From positions 256,001 to 320,000 of the forward strand of contig JAWLHJ010000001.1 of assembly GCA_041690395.1 (NCBI GenBank): a DNA stretch of 64,000 nt, given 5' to 3'. The position numbers and the translations under genes were made by a program. Below are positions 1 through 9,595 of this stretch, in pieces. Source of the stretch: Longimicrobiales bacterium. GTDB lineage: Bacteria > Gemmatimonadota > Gemmatimonadetes > Longimicrobiales > Gaopeijiaceae. Each line of letters opens with the position of its first letter. Within the stretch, counting starts at the first letter, position 1. Under the pieces are notes generated by a model. That model was not told where the DNA came from. It did not search any database and saw only the letters and a program-made list of their open reading frames with translations.

Positions 1-349
1 GAATTGCCGCGCCGACCACAGAAAGCGTCCCATTCTCGACGGAGGGCTGCTGCATCTCATCGGGAATGAACAGAGTTGCCGTGTAGGCGCCGCTCGGCTG
101 CACGTTCAACGTGAACAGGCCGGTCGCGTCGATCAGGTCGAAGAACGTCCCCTCGTCGGCGACGCTCGTCACGACGAACTCCGTGGCGTCCCAGTCGCCC
201 ACGAACGGCTCGACCGCGGGATCGGGTGTCGCGACGTCGGACGGGCTGGAGCCACCGCATGCCGCGACGGCCAGCAGCAACGCGAGTCCGAATCCGTTGC
301 GAGCGCGTGGACGTGCTCCCCTCGGGCGTACCGGCCTCTCGTACTTCAT
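1..349 (-). CDS. Lipoprotein, lipocalin-like beta-barrel (truncated by window edge; not in ORF track)
   Basis: ATG at 349 preceded by AAGGAG. Reads MKYERPVRPRGARPRARNGFGLALLLAVAAC-GGSSPS...FVGDWDATEFVV, with lipobox VAAC and a GxW motif. Open to position 1. Confidence 0.7.
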   Translation of the reverse strand, partial: MKYERPVRPRGARPRARNGFGLALLLAVAACGGSSPSDVATPDPAVEPFVGDWDATEFVVTSVADEGTFFDLIDATGLFTLNVQPSGAYTATLFIPDEMQQPSVENGTLSVVGAAI

Positions 350-541
350 CGCGTCTGACTCCTTGGGCCTTCGCCCGGAAGACGAAAGGGGAAAGCGCAC
401 CGCGTTCAGGGAGCCGCCGTCCCACGCCGGAAAGTCCTCGACCGACCGTTTCAGGTCAAGCGGTGCCCACTTCTTGCATTCCGTGAGCGCGGGGATGGCG
501 TATATTGGAGTCCCGCACATTCCACAACGAGCCTGCGACGA

Positions 542-1333
542 ATGTCCCGCGTCATCGCCATAGCAAACCAGAAGGGCGGCGTCGGCAAGACCACGACCGC
601 CATCAACCTGGGCGCTTCGCTCGCCGTGGCGGAGAAGCGCACGCTCGTCGTGGACATCGACCCGCAGGGGAATGCCAGCAGCGGGTTGGGGATCACCGAT
701 CGTGCGAGCCGCCCTACCGTCTACGACATCCTGATCGGCAACCGCTCGGCGTCGGAGGCCATCGTTCGCGAGGTGCACCTTCCTGGCCTCGACGTCATCC
801 CCTCGACCAGGGACCTGGTCGGTGCGGAAATCGAGCTCGTCTCGACCCCGAACCGCGAGTCGATCCTGCGGGAGGCTCTCAAAGAGGTGCGCGACGAGTA
901 CGACTTCGTACTGGTCGACTGTCCACCCTCGCTCGGCCTCCTCACGCTGAACACACTCACGGCCGCGGATTCGGTGCTGATTCCGATCCAGTGCGAATTC
1001 TATGCGCTCGAAGGACTGAGTCAGCTCCTCAACACGGTGCGCCTCGTCCAGCGCGGCCTGAATCCGCGCCTCGATATCGAGGGAGTGCTCCTCACGATGT
1101 ACGACCGGCGCCTGAACCTATCCCGACAGGTAGCGGAGGAGGCACGCGACTACTTCGGGGACAAGGTTTACGAGTCGACGATCCCCAGGAACGTCCGACT
1201 CGCAGAGGCACCGAGCTTCGGCCAGCCGATCGTCGAGTACGATGTGCTGTCTACCGGGTCGGAGGCGTATCTCGCTCTGGCCCAAGAGGTTATCGCCCGC
1301 AACACCCGGCCTGCGCCACAGGTTGCGCCATGA
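542..1333 (+). CDS. parA: Chromosome partitioning ATPase ParA/Soj
   Basis: NQKGGVGKTTT deviant Walker A, DIDPQGNAS, DCPPSLG, IPRNVRLAEAPSFG. Confidence 0.97.
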   Translation: MSRVIAIANQKGGVGKTTTAINLGASLAVAEKRTLVVDIDPQGNASSGLGITDRASRPTVYDILIGNRSASEAIVREVHLPGLDVIPSTRDLVGAEIELVSTPNRESILREALKEVRDEYDFVLVDCPPSLGLLTLNTLTAADSVLIPIQCEFYALEGLSQLLNTVRLVQRGLNPRLDIEGVLLTMYDRRLNLSRQVAEEARDYFGDKVYESTIPRNVRLAEAPSFGQPIVEYDVLSTGSEAYLALAQEVIARNTRPAPQVAP

Positions 1334-2208
1334 CGGAGCGTCCTCGCCTGGGGAAGGGCCTCAGCGCACTCATCGGGGAGTATCTCGACCCCGACACGGA
1401 CTCAGCCGAGATCCATGCGCTACCCCTCGCGGCCATCGTGCCGAATCCCCTCCAGCCCCGCACAGTCTTCACCGAGCAGGAGCTCGCCGACCTCGCCCAC
1501 TCCATCGAGGCGAACGGCCTTCTCCAGCCCCTGGTCGTTCGCCCGTCTCCGAACAGCGCGAACCGCTTCGAGTTGATCGCGGGCGAGCGGCGCTTCCGGG
1601 CTGTGACCCGTCTGGGGTGGAAGGAAGCGCCCGTCGTCGTGCGCGACGCCACGGACGAGACGCTCCTCGTGCTGGCGCTCGTCGAGAACCTGCAGCGCGA
1701 GGCGCTTTCTGCCCTGGAGGAAGCCGAGGGGTACGTCGCGCTCTCCGATAAGTTCGGGATGAGCCACGCCGAGATCGCCGAGTCGGTGGGGAAGGATCGC
1801 TCCACCGTGGCGAATATCGTGCGACTCCTGAACCTCCCGGCCGCGGTGCGACGTCTCCTCCAGGAGCGCGCGATCACGCCCGGGCACGCACGCGCGCTGC
1901 TCGCGGTCGAGGATCCCGGGAAAGCCGGCGAGCTCGCGCGCCAGGCGGCGAAGGAGGGCTGGTCCGTTCGTGAGACCGAGAGACGCGCGGGCGCCTCCCG
2001 TCCGAAGAAGAGCAAGCCCGACCGACCGACCGATCCCGTCGTTCAGTCGCTCGAGGAGGCCCTCCGCGATCACCTTTCCACCCGGGTAGCGCTGAAGCGC
2101 GCCCGCGGGGGGGGCGGCACCATCCAGATCGCCTATCACGACGACGAGGACTTCGAGCGGGTCTTCGAGATCGTCACGGGCCGCGCCGTGACCGACGTCG
2201 TGCGCTGA
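1330..2208 (+). CDS. parB: Chromosome partitioning protein ParB/Spo0J
   Basis: ATGA overlap with parA stop. N-terminal RLGKGLSALI, PNPLQPR, LIAGERRFRA, ALVENLQRE and HTH GKDRSTVAN. Confidence 0.97.
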   Translation: MTERPRLGKGLSALIGEYLDPDTDSAEIHALPLAAIVPNPLQPRTVFTEQELADLAHSIEANGLLQPLVVRPSPNSANRFELIAGERRFRAVTRLGWKEAPVVVRDATDETLLVLALVENLQREALSALEEAEGYVALSDKFGMSHAEIAESVGKDRSTVANIVRLLNLPAAVRRLLQERAITPGHARALLAVEDPGKAGELARQAAKEGWSVRETERRAGASRPKKSKPDRPTDPVVQSLEEALRDHLSTRVALKRARGGGGTIQIAYHDDEDFERVFEIVTGRAVTDVVR

Positions 2209-2221
2209 GGGGAGTCACATC

Positions 2222-3001
2222 ATGAGCAAGGATCAACGCCGCCTGTCCCTGGTGGTCGTCCCGCACGGAGGCAGGGACAGCAAGACGTACCACTTCTCCT
2301 ATGGACGCCTTCGGTGGCTCGCACTCCTCGGGACGGGCGCGGCGCTCGCCCTCGCGCTCATGGTCGGAAGCTGGTGGTACCTCGCGGCCCGCGCCTTGAA
2401 GGCGTCCGAACTCGAGCGCGAGGTAGCGGTCATGTCGAGCGACCGCCAACGCGTCGCTGCGCTGGTCCAGCGCCTCGAGGCGATGGAGACCCAGTACGCG
2501 AACATCCGCCGCATGTTCGGCGCGGCGGCGATCGACCGCCCATCGGACGTCTGGCTGCCACCCGCCAATCCGGTGCGGCGGGCGGCCTCGGGTGCGTCCG
2601 CGCGACGTGCTGGTCCGACTCCCCCGACGGTCTGGCCGCTCACCGAGCGGGGATTCGTCACCCAGGGCCTGCATGAGGGCTTCGAGGGCCGGCATCCCGG
2701 ACTCGACATTGCCGTGCCCTCCGATTCGTATATTCGGGCGGCTGGAGGCGGGACGGTCTCGGACGTCGGTGACGACGCGGTGTACGGCCGGTACGTCGTG
2801 ATCGACCACGGCGACGGATACACGACCCTGTATGGGCACGCGTCGAATACGCTCGTGTCCCTCGGCCAGTCCGTGCGGGAGCGTCAGGTGATCGCGCTCT
2901 CGGGTTCGACCGGCCGCTCGACGGGACCTCATCTGCACTTCGAGGTCATTCTCGACGGCGAACCCGTGGACCCCCTGTCTCTGGTCGACCAACCCTCGTG
3001 A
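2222..3001 (+). CDS. M23 family peptidoglycan endopeptidase with TM helix and coiled coil
   Basis: HPGLD, YGH and STGPHLHFE zinc motifs; N-terminal TM segment. Confidence 0.92.
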   Translation: MSKDQRRLSLVVVPHGGRDSKTYHFSYGRLRWLALLGTGAALALALMVGSWWYLAARALKASELEREVAVMSSDRQRVAALVQRLEAMETQYANIRRMFGAAAIDRPSDVWLPPANPVRRAASGASARRAGPTPPTVWPLTERGFVTQGLHEGFEGRHPGLDIAVPSDSYIRAAGGGTVSDVGDDAVYGRYVVIDHGDGYTTLYGHASNTLVSLGQSVRERQVIALSGSTGRSTGPHLHFEVILDGEPVDPLSLVDQPS

Positions 3002-3055
3002 GGCGCAACGGCGCCTCATCGTTACCGACTCTCCTCGTTCGACGGAGCACTTCGC

Positions 3056-3478
3056 ATGGCGCGTGAGCGAACCAGTCAGGGCAGCGCACCCGAATCGGTC
3101 ATTTCCATCGTCGGACCCGGCATGAAAGTCGTGGGCGACTGTGAGACCGACGGCACACTCCGGATCGAGGGCGCCGTGCAGGGAACCGTTCGGGCCGCCA
3201 AGGCGGTCGTCATCGGTCGCGATGGCCTCGTGATCGGGGACGTCATCACCCAGGACGCCGTCGTGTCTGGGCGGGTCGAAGGCTCCGTGACGGCGGAGTC
3301 TCGGTTGGAGCTCCAGGCGTCCTGTCAGATCGACGGGGAGGTGTACACGCCTCGGCTACAGCTCGAAGAGGGTGCCGTCTTGAACGGCAGCGTGAACATG
3401 AAGCAGACCAACGAGAAGCGCGGTCCCACATCTCAGAATCACGACTCCGATTCGGGTCCTGACGAAACCGACCGTTGA
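3056..3478 (+). CDS. Bactofilin (polymer-forming cytoskeletal protein, CcmA-like)
   Basis: SIVGPGMKVVGD...LRIEGAVQGTV...VSGRVEGSV...IDGEV...EEGAVLNGSV beta-helix repeats. Confidence 0.92.
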   Translation: MARERTSQGSAPESVISIVGPGMKVVGDCETDGTLRIEGAVQGTVRAAKAVVIGRDGLVIGDVITQDAVVSGRVEGSVTAESRLELQASCQIDGEVYTPRLQLEEGAVLNGSVNMKQTNEKRGPTSQNHDSDSGPDETDR

Positions 3479-3494
3479 TGCTTCTGCTCCCGGG

Positions 3495-3648
3495 ATATCC
3501 CCAATGCCCGAATAATGTGGATATCTCGGCCAGCGGTGCACCGTGATGTATGGTAAACCTTTGGGGCCTCGTTACTTGTGGGTGTGTCCCCCTGTGGACA
3601 ACGGCCCTTGCTCTCCCTTGTTTTCAACTTTTCCACACGTTGTCCACC
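3495..3648. promoter_or_regulatory. DnaA-box cluster, candidate replication origin (oriC)
   Basis: Relatively AT-rich intergenic region. TGTGGATAT (3516-3524), TGTGGACAA (3593-3601) and TTTTCCACA (3629-3637) each have 1 mismatch to TTATCCACA. ATATCCCCA (3495-3503) and TTGTCCACC (3640-3648) have 2. Confidence 0.65.
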
Positions 3649-3706
3649 GAGGATCGTCCCTGCTCTGCCGCGCCGGGCGTCGTTGCCGTCCCCAGGTGTC
3701 GAAAAC

Positions 3707-4465
3707 ATGAAACTAGAATCTATTGTCGAGTACCTGGACGACTATCTGGCTATAGAGGGGCATCCGGATTACGGGCCTGCGTACAACGGCCTCCAGGTCG
3801 CCGGCGATCGCGACGTAGCCTCCATCGCCGCGGCGGTGGATGCCTCGGTGGCATCCATCGAGGCGGCCGTCGCCTCCGGGGCGGATCTCATGGTCGTTCA
3901 TCACGGCCTCTTCTGGGGCGGCTCCGCGCCGGTCACCGGGCCGTTGTATCGTCGGCTGCGGCCCCTGTTACAGCGGGGCGTCGCGCTCTACAGCGCCCAC
4001 CTCCCTCTCGACGCACACGCCGAGATCGGTAACTGCGCGCTCCTCGCCGACGCGCTCGGCCTGACCGAACGTGCGTCCTTCGCCGCGTACCAGGGGGTGG
4101 CGGTGGGGTGGTGGGGCACGCTGCCAGGAGCAACGTCCGTCGAAGATCTCTCCGGCACCGTCAGCGAGGCGGTGGGTGGCTCGGTGCAGGTCATTCCCGG
4201 CGGCCCGAAGGAGGTACGGCGGGTCGGCGTCGTGACCGGCGGTGGCGCCTCGTTCCTGCGGGAGGCCGCCGAGATGGGCCTCGACGCCCTGGTCACGGGA
4301 GAAGGGCCGCACCACACGTACATCGATGCGATGGAAGCGGGCATCCACGTCCTTCTCGGTGGTCACTACGCGACCGAGACCTTCGGGGTCAAGGCGCTCG
4401 CCGCCCACGTGGCCGATCGATTCGGCCTCGAGTGGAGCTTCATCGATCAACCCACCGGCCTCTGA
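3707..4465 (+). CDS. Nif3-like dinuclear metal center protein (YbgI/DUF34)
   Basis: NGLQV, VHHGLFW, YSAHLPLDAH, GHYATE motifs; ATG at 3707. Confidence 0.93.
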   Translation: MKLESIVEYLDDYLAIEGHPDYGPAYNGLQVAGDRDVASIAAAVDASVASIEAAVASGADLMVVHHGLFWGGSAPVTGPLYRRLRPLLQRGVALYSAHLPLDAHAEIGNCALLADALGLTERASFAAYQGVAVGWWGTLPGATSVEDLSGTVSEAVGGSVQVIPGGPKEVRRVGVVTGGGASFLREAAEMGLDALVTGEGPHHTYIDAMEAGIHVLLGGHYATETFGVKALAAHVADRFGLEWSFIDQPTGL

Positions 4466-4638
4466 GAGGTCGCTCCGGGATCCGCGACCTAGGGGGCCCG
4501 GGGCTTCGATCCGTTGCAGCACCTCGGGGCGCAGGGTACCATCCCGTGGACGATCCGCCGAGCGTGACGCGCCACCCGACCGAGCCGGAGCACCGGCTCC
4601 ACCCACGATCGCAGCGACATCTGGAGTCATAGACGAAC

Positions 4639-5445
4639 ATGAGCCCCAACGCATCATCGGCCCCTTTCTGCCCGGAATGCAACAAGCCGGCGACCGGCAA
4701 CTTCTGCCAGAACTGCGGTGCCAAGCTGGGTGGCCGCTTCTGCAGTCAATGCGGCGGCAAGCTAGGACCAGCCGCCTCGTTCTGCAGTCAGTGCGGCGCC
4801 AAGAACGACGTGGTCACGGGCGGTCATCGAGCCGCGGCGGCGAGTGTCGTGGGGGGCCAGAATCTTCCGTGGTGGATCGCGGGCGCGGCCATGTTCGCGC
4901 TCATCGTCGCGATTGGCGTCTCCATGGTCCGCCCCGGTCCGCCGCCCACGCCCGGGACCACGGGGCCGGCGGCCGCGACGGGAGCCCCGGCCGGCGCTGC
5001 CGCCGTCGACCTCAACTCGATGACGCCCAGGGAGGCCGCCGACCGTCTCTTCAACCGGGTCATGACGAGCGTTGCCGAGGGTGACTCCGCCGGGGCACAG
5101 GCGTTCGTCCCGATGGCGATCGGAGCGTACGAGCGCGCCCAGCCCCTCGACCTCGATGGGCTCTTTCACCTCTCGCTCCTGCAGCGCACGGCGTTGGACC
5201 TCGAGGGCGCGCTCGCCTCCGCCGAGGCGATCCTGGCCGAGGACCCCGATCACGTCCTGGGACTGACCGCTGCCGCTGCCGCCGCCGAGGAGCTCGGGCG
5301 GGACGACAGGGCGGCCGAGCTCTACGAGCATCTGCTTGCGGTGTACGACGCCGAGAGCCAGCGAGGCCTACAGGAGTACCTCGACCATGCGCAGATCATG
5401 AGCACGGTAAGGGATTCGGCGGAGGCGTTCCTGAGCGGGCGTTGA
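4639..5445 (+). CDS. Zinc-ribbon + TM + TPR-like membrane protein
   Basis: Four N-terminal CxxC motifs (CPEC, CQNC, CSQC, CSQC), one TM helix, Pro/Ala linker, helical TPR-like C-terminus. Confidence 0.75.
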   Translation: MSPNASSAPFCPECNKPATGNFCQNCGAKLGGRFCSQCGGKLGPAASFCSQCGAKNDVVTGGHRAAAASVVGGQNLPWWIAGAAMFALIVAIGVSMVRPGPPPTPGTTGPAAATGAPAGAAAVDLNSMTPREAADRLFNRVMTSVAEGDSAGAQAFVPMAIGAYERAQPLDLDGLFHLSLLQRTALDLEGALASAEAILAEDPDHVLGLTAAAAAAEELGRDDRAAELYEHLLAVYDAESQRGLQEYLDHAQIMSTVRDSAEAFLSGR

Positions 5446-5466
5446 CGCCCTCCCGGGAGATCCTCC

Positions 5467-6450
5467 ATGCGTGTCTTCATTACCGGCGCCAGCGGCCTGA
5501 TCGGGTCCCACCTCGCGGGGGAGCTGATCGCGGCCGGACACGAGGTCGTCGGGCTCTGCCGGGGTGGCTCGGACACCGCCTACCTCGATCGCGTCGGCTG
5601 CGAGATCGTGCGGGGCGACATCCGGTCCGACGCGGACACCCTCGCACCTTTCATGGAGGGGTGCGACCGGGTGGTTCATGCGGCCGCACAGGTGTATGCC
5701 GGCGGCTCCTGGCCAAAGGTCCGGGAGACGAACGTCGACGGCACCCGGCACGTCCTGACCGCGGCCCGTCTCGCCGGCGTGGCGCAGGTGGTGCACGTGT
5801 CCACGGTCGCCGTGTATGGGGGCATTCCCGGCACGAAGAACGAGGAGGCACCGGTCGACGCCCCGATCCCTCCGGGCGATCTCTACGCGCGTTCGAAGCG
5901 GGAGGCCGAGGAGGTGGTCCGGGGCATCGAGGCCAGACGTGGGCTCCCCGTGACGGTGATCCGTCCGGCGGCCGTCTACGGCGAGCGAGACCGGCTGATG
6001 GCGCCCGCCTTGGCCCGCCTTCTGCGCCTGCCGTTCGTGGCCCTGCTCGGTGAGGGCGACAACACCCTCCCGGTCGTCTACGCGGGGAACGTAGCCTCGG
6101 CGCTCCGCCTCGCCGTCGAACGGTGTACGGGTGGAGAGACCTTCAACGTCGCGATGGACCACCCCCTGACCCAGCGCCAACTGTTCGAGGGCCTGGCGGA
6201 GGGGCTCGAAAAGAACCCACGCTTCTTCTCGCTGCCGGCACCGCTCGTACGATCCGTCGGGGGATTCCTCGCTCATTTCGGGGTGAGCGCCCCGGGCGCG
6301 AAGCATCTGCCGCTCGAGCGGGTCATCGACCTCGCCCTCGGCGAGAACCCCTTCCCGTCGCGCCGGATCCGGGAAGCGCTGGGCTGGGCCCCCGAGCACG
6401 AGCACGACGACGCGCTCAAGCGCACCGGCGAATGGCTGAGATCCGCATGA
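5467..6450 (+). CDS. NAD-dependent epimerase/dehydratase (extended SDR)
   Basis: TGASGLIG, HAAA, YARSK (YxxxK), RPAAVYG. Confidence 0.9.
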   Translation: MRVFITGASGLIGSHLAGELIAAGHEVVGLCRGGSDTAYLDRVGCEIVRGDIRSDADTLAPFMEGCDRVVHAAAQVYAGGSWPKVRETNVDGTRHVLTAARLAGVAQVVHVSTVAVYGGIPGTKNEEAPVDAPIPPGDLYARSKREAEEVVRGIEARRGLPVTVIRPAAVYGERDRLMAPALARLLRLPFVALLGEGDNTLPVVYAGNVASALRLAVERCTGGETFNVAMDHPLTQRQLFEGLAEGLEKNPRFFSLPAPLVRSVGGFLAHFGVSAPGAKHLPLERVIDLALGENPFPSRRIREALGWAPEHEHDDALKRTGEWLRSA

Positions 6451-7220
6451 CCGACGACGACCGAAAACCACCCCTGCCGGGCCTTCGCATGCCGGACGGC
6501 CGCCGCCCCGAAACCGAGGACGAGCGACTGCTCGACGTGCAGAATGGCCTGCACGTCGGTATGGACGCGTGGCGCGTGTTCCGCATCATGGGCGAGTTCG
6601 TCGAGGGCTTCGAGGCCCTGACGAACATCGGTCCGGCGGTTTCCATCTTCGGGTCGGCGCGCGTGCAGCCCGGCGATCCCCAGTACGAGGCGTGCGAGGC
6701 GACGGCAAAGCTCCTCGGCGAGGCGGGCTACGCGGTGATCACCGGCGGGGGCCCGGGCATCATGGAGGCCGCGAACAAGGGGGCCCAGGAGGGTGGCGCC
6801 CTCTCCATCGGGTGCAATATCGAGCTCCCGTTCGAGCAGCACGACAATCCGTATCTCGACGTTTCCGTGGATTTCCGGTATTTCTTCGTCCGGAAGACCA
6901 TGTTCGTGAAGTACGCCCAGGCGTTCGTGATCTTCCCCGGCGGCTTCGGCACTCTGGACGAGCTCTTCGAATCGCTCACGCTCATTCAGACCGGTAAGAT
7001 CAAGGACTTTCCGGTGGTCCTGTTCGGGACGGAGTACTTCGCGGGGCTCATGGACTGGATCCGTGGGACGTTGGCCGCCGAGGGAAAGATCGCCCCCGAC
7101 GACCTGGACCTGATCTGCGTCACCGACGACCCTGCGCAGGTCCGAGACCACATCGTCGCGCACAAGAAGCGCCGTCGCGCGCATCCCGCCTCCCGGGGAC
7201 GGCGCGCTACCGACAGGTAG
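6447..7220 (+). CDS. LOG family nucleotide phosphoribohydrolase (TIGR00730-like)
   Basis: ATGA overlap; FGSAR, TGGGPGIMEA, FFVRK, PGGFGTLDE. Confidence 0.92.
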   Translation: MTDDDRKPPLPGLRMPDGRRPETEDERLLDVQNGLHVGMDAWRVFRIMGEFVEGFEALTNIGPAVSIFGSARVQPGDPQYEACEATAKLLGEAGYAVITGGGPGIMEAANKGAQEGGALSIGCNIELPFEQHDNPYLDVSVDFRYFFVRKTMFVKYAQAFVIFPGGFGTLDELFESLTLIQTGKIKDFPVVLFGTEYFAGLMDWIRGTLAAEGKIAPDDLDLICVTDDPAQVRDHIVAHKKRRRAHPASRGRRATDR

Positions 7221-7419
7221 AAGGGTGTTGGAGGAGCCAACCCACTCCTTCAGCCCCCCTTCTCGGACGGATCCTTGTAACCGCACGCGGGCTACGGCTA
7301 CCTTTTCAGGCTCCCACCGGGGCGTCGGAACGGGCTCTCCGTGGGATTTTCATCTCGGCATCGATCCTTCCGTGCTGCGAGCGACTGTCCGGTCTCGCGC
7401 AGCGGAGGTCAGCAGACTA

Positions 7420-8520
7420 TTGAGCAGCACCACCGATCAGGCCCCCAAGGGGTACGCGCCGACCGGTAAGAACACCGGGACCGTGAAGCCCAAGGGCACG
7501 TCACGTATCCGGGCCCACGAGGGCCTGGACACCATCGACATCCGCTCGCGGAAGCCCGCGTGGCTGAAGGTCCGCTCGCCCGGCGGCGCCAACTACATGC
7601 GCCTCAAGAAGATGATGCGCTCGGAGTCACTCCACACCGTATGTGAGGAGGCCGGCTGCCCGAACATCGGCGAGTGCTGGGAGGCGGGCACCGCCACCTT
7701 CATGATCCTCGGCGACGTCTGCACGCGCGCCTGCAAGTACTGTGGAGTCGCGCACGGCATGCCGACCGGGCTCGACACCGACGAGCCCCGTCGCGTGGCC
7801 CAGACGGTCCAGGAGATGGAGCTCGAGCACGTCGTCATCACGAGCGTGAATCGCGACGAGCTCCCGGACGGCGGCGCGGGGATCTATGCCGAGACCATCC
7901 GGCGCGTCCACGAAGCCGTTCCCGGCTGCTCGGTGGAAGTCCTCATCCCGGACTTCAAGGGTGACGAGCCGTCGTTGCAGATCGTCGTCGACGCCAAGCC
8001 GGCGATCCTCGGGCACAACCTCGAGACCGTCGAGCGGCTGCACCCGGACGTCCGTCCTGGTGGACGCTACTGGCGCTCGATCTCCTTTCTGGGGGCGGTG
8101 AAGAAGCTCGACCCGGGGATGCTGACGAAGACCGGGATCATCCTGGGGATGGGCGAGGAGCCCGACGAGATCCGGCAGGCCATGGTCGATCTTCGCGAGG
8201 CGGCGGTGGACATTCTGACGCTGGGGCAGTATCTCCGGCCGTCCCCGATGCACATTCCGGTGGCCCGGTGGGTCACTCCGGAGGAGTTCACGGAGTGGAA
8301 GCGCATCGGTGAGCAGGAGCTCGGCTTCAAGCACGTCGAGTCGGGGCCGCTCGTCCGGTCGAGCTACCACGCGAAGGAGCAGGCGCGCGAGGTCGAGGCG
8401 GGTGGGCCCGGCGCTATTCAGAACGTACTCGAAGCGGACATTCCCGCGCCCGCCGAGGTCAAGCTGGATCTGGTCCAGCTCGAGCTCGGCCGGCCCGGTC
8501 GACCCGTGAACGGAGCCTGA
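7420..8520 (+). CDS. lipA: Lipoyl synthase
   Basis: CEEAGCPNIGEC and radical-SAM CTRACKYC motifs, RSSYHA. Likely TTG start at 7420 after GGAGG. Confidence 0.96.
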   Translation: MSSTTDQAPKGYAPTGKNTGTVKPKGTSRIRAHEGLDTIDIRSRKPAWLKVRSPGGANYMRLKKMMRSESLHTVCEEAGCPNIGECWEAGTATFMILGDVCTRACKYCGVAHGMPTGLDTDEPRRVAQTVQEMELEHVVITSVNRDELPDGGAGIYAETIRRVHEAVPGCSVEVLIPDFKGDEPSLQIVVDAKPAILGHNLETVERLHPDVRPGGRYWRSISFLGAVKKLDPGMLTKTGIILGMGEEPDEIRQAMVDLREAAVDILTLGQYLRPSPMHIPVARWVTPEEFTEWKRIGEQELGFKHVESGPLVRSSYHAKEQAREVEAGGPGAIQNVLEADIPAPAEVKLDLVQLELGRPGRPVNGA

Positions 8521-8521
8521 G

Positions 8522-9595
8522 ATGGCCGAGACGAAGACTCGGAAGAAGAAGAGCAGCGGTGCGAAGAACGGCGGAGCCCTGGAGAAGCATGGCATCGGCG
8601 AGGAGCTGGCGCTCGACCTCCTCCGGGACATGCTCCTCTATCGGCGCTTCGAGGAGAAGGCCGAAGAGGCATACGCGATCGGCAAGATCGGGGGCTTCTG
8701 CCACCTCCACATCGGTCAGGAGGCGGGCGCGGCGGGGTGCATCAGGCCGCTGCGCGAGGACGACTACGTCATCACCGCGTACCGGGAGCACACGCAGGCG
8801 ATCGCGAAGGGGGTGGACGCGAACGCCGTGATGGCCGAGCTCTACGGCAGGGTGGACGGGCCGTCGCGCGGGAAGGGCGGCTCCATGCACATCTATGGCG
8901 CCGATGTGCGCTTCATGGGCGGGCACGGGATCGTGGGAGGCCAGGTGCCGCTCGCTGCCGGCATCGCCTGGAAGATCAAGTACAAAGAAGAGGACGGCGT
9001 GGTCGTCTGCTTCATGGGCGACGCCGCCGTGAACCAGGGGGGCTTCCACGAGGCGCTCAACATGGCCGCCATCTGGAAGCTGCCGGCCATCTTCGTGGTC
9101 GAGAACAACCACTATGGCATGGGCACCGCGTTCAGCCGCGTCTCGGCCACGCCGGTGGCCGAGCGCGCGATCTCGTACGGGATCGAGTCCTGCTCGGTGA
9201 ACGGTCAGGACGTGCTCGAGACGTACGCGGCCTTCCGTGACATGGCCGAAGAGGTCCGCAACGGAGGTGGGCCGCGCTTCGTCGATCTCCAGACGTACCG
9301 ATTCCGCGGGCACTCGATGTCCGATCCGGTGTCGGGGACGTACCGCTCCACCGACGAAGTCGAGGAACGCAAGAAGAAGGACGACCCCATCTCGATCCTG
9401 CGGGACACCCTGTTCGACGCTGGGCTGCTGGACCAGGCCGGTCTAGAGGAGATGGACGCGGAGGCCCGGCGCATCGCTTCGGAGGCGGCCGATTTCGCCG
9501 ACGCCTCGGCGCATCCGGACCCCGAGGAGCTGTTCCACCACGTGTGGGCAGAGGAAAACCACGGCAGGCTCTTCTTCGACGGACGGGATCGATAG
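8522..9595 (+). CDS. pdhA: Pyruvate dehydrogenase E1 alpha
   Basis: GFCHLHIGQEA, GKGGSMH, TPP motif GDAA...ENN, TYRFRGHSMSDP. Confidence 0.95.
   Translation: MAETKTRKKKSSGAKNGGALEKHGIGEELALDLLRDMLLYRRFEEKAEEAYAIGKIGGFCHLHIGQEAGAAGCIRPLREDDYVITAYREHTQAIAKGVDANAVMAELYGRVDGPSRGKGGSMHIYGADVRFMGGHGIVGGQVPLAAGIAWKIKYKEEDGVVVCFMGDAAVNQGGFHEALNMAAIWKLPAIFVVENNHYGMGTAFSRVSATPVAERAISYGIESCSVNGQDVLETYAAFRDMAEEVRNGGGPRFVDLQTYRFRGHSMSDPVSGTYRSTDEVEERKKKDDPISILRDTLFDAGLLDQAGLEEMDAEARRIASEAADFADASAHPDPEELFHHVWAEENHGRLFFDGRDR

Noticed and set aside
103..118. parS-like CGTTCAACGTGAACAG near parA
   Set aside because: Several mismatches and wrong half-site spacing against TGTTTCACGTGAAACA; lies in a coding region (LFTLNVQ). 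Not supportable.
2107..2114. G8 homopolymer in parB
   Set aside because: Encodes a Gly linker in an intact frame; no sign of phase variation.
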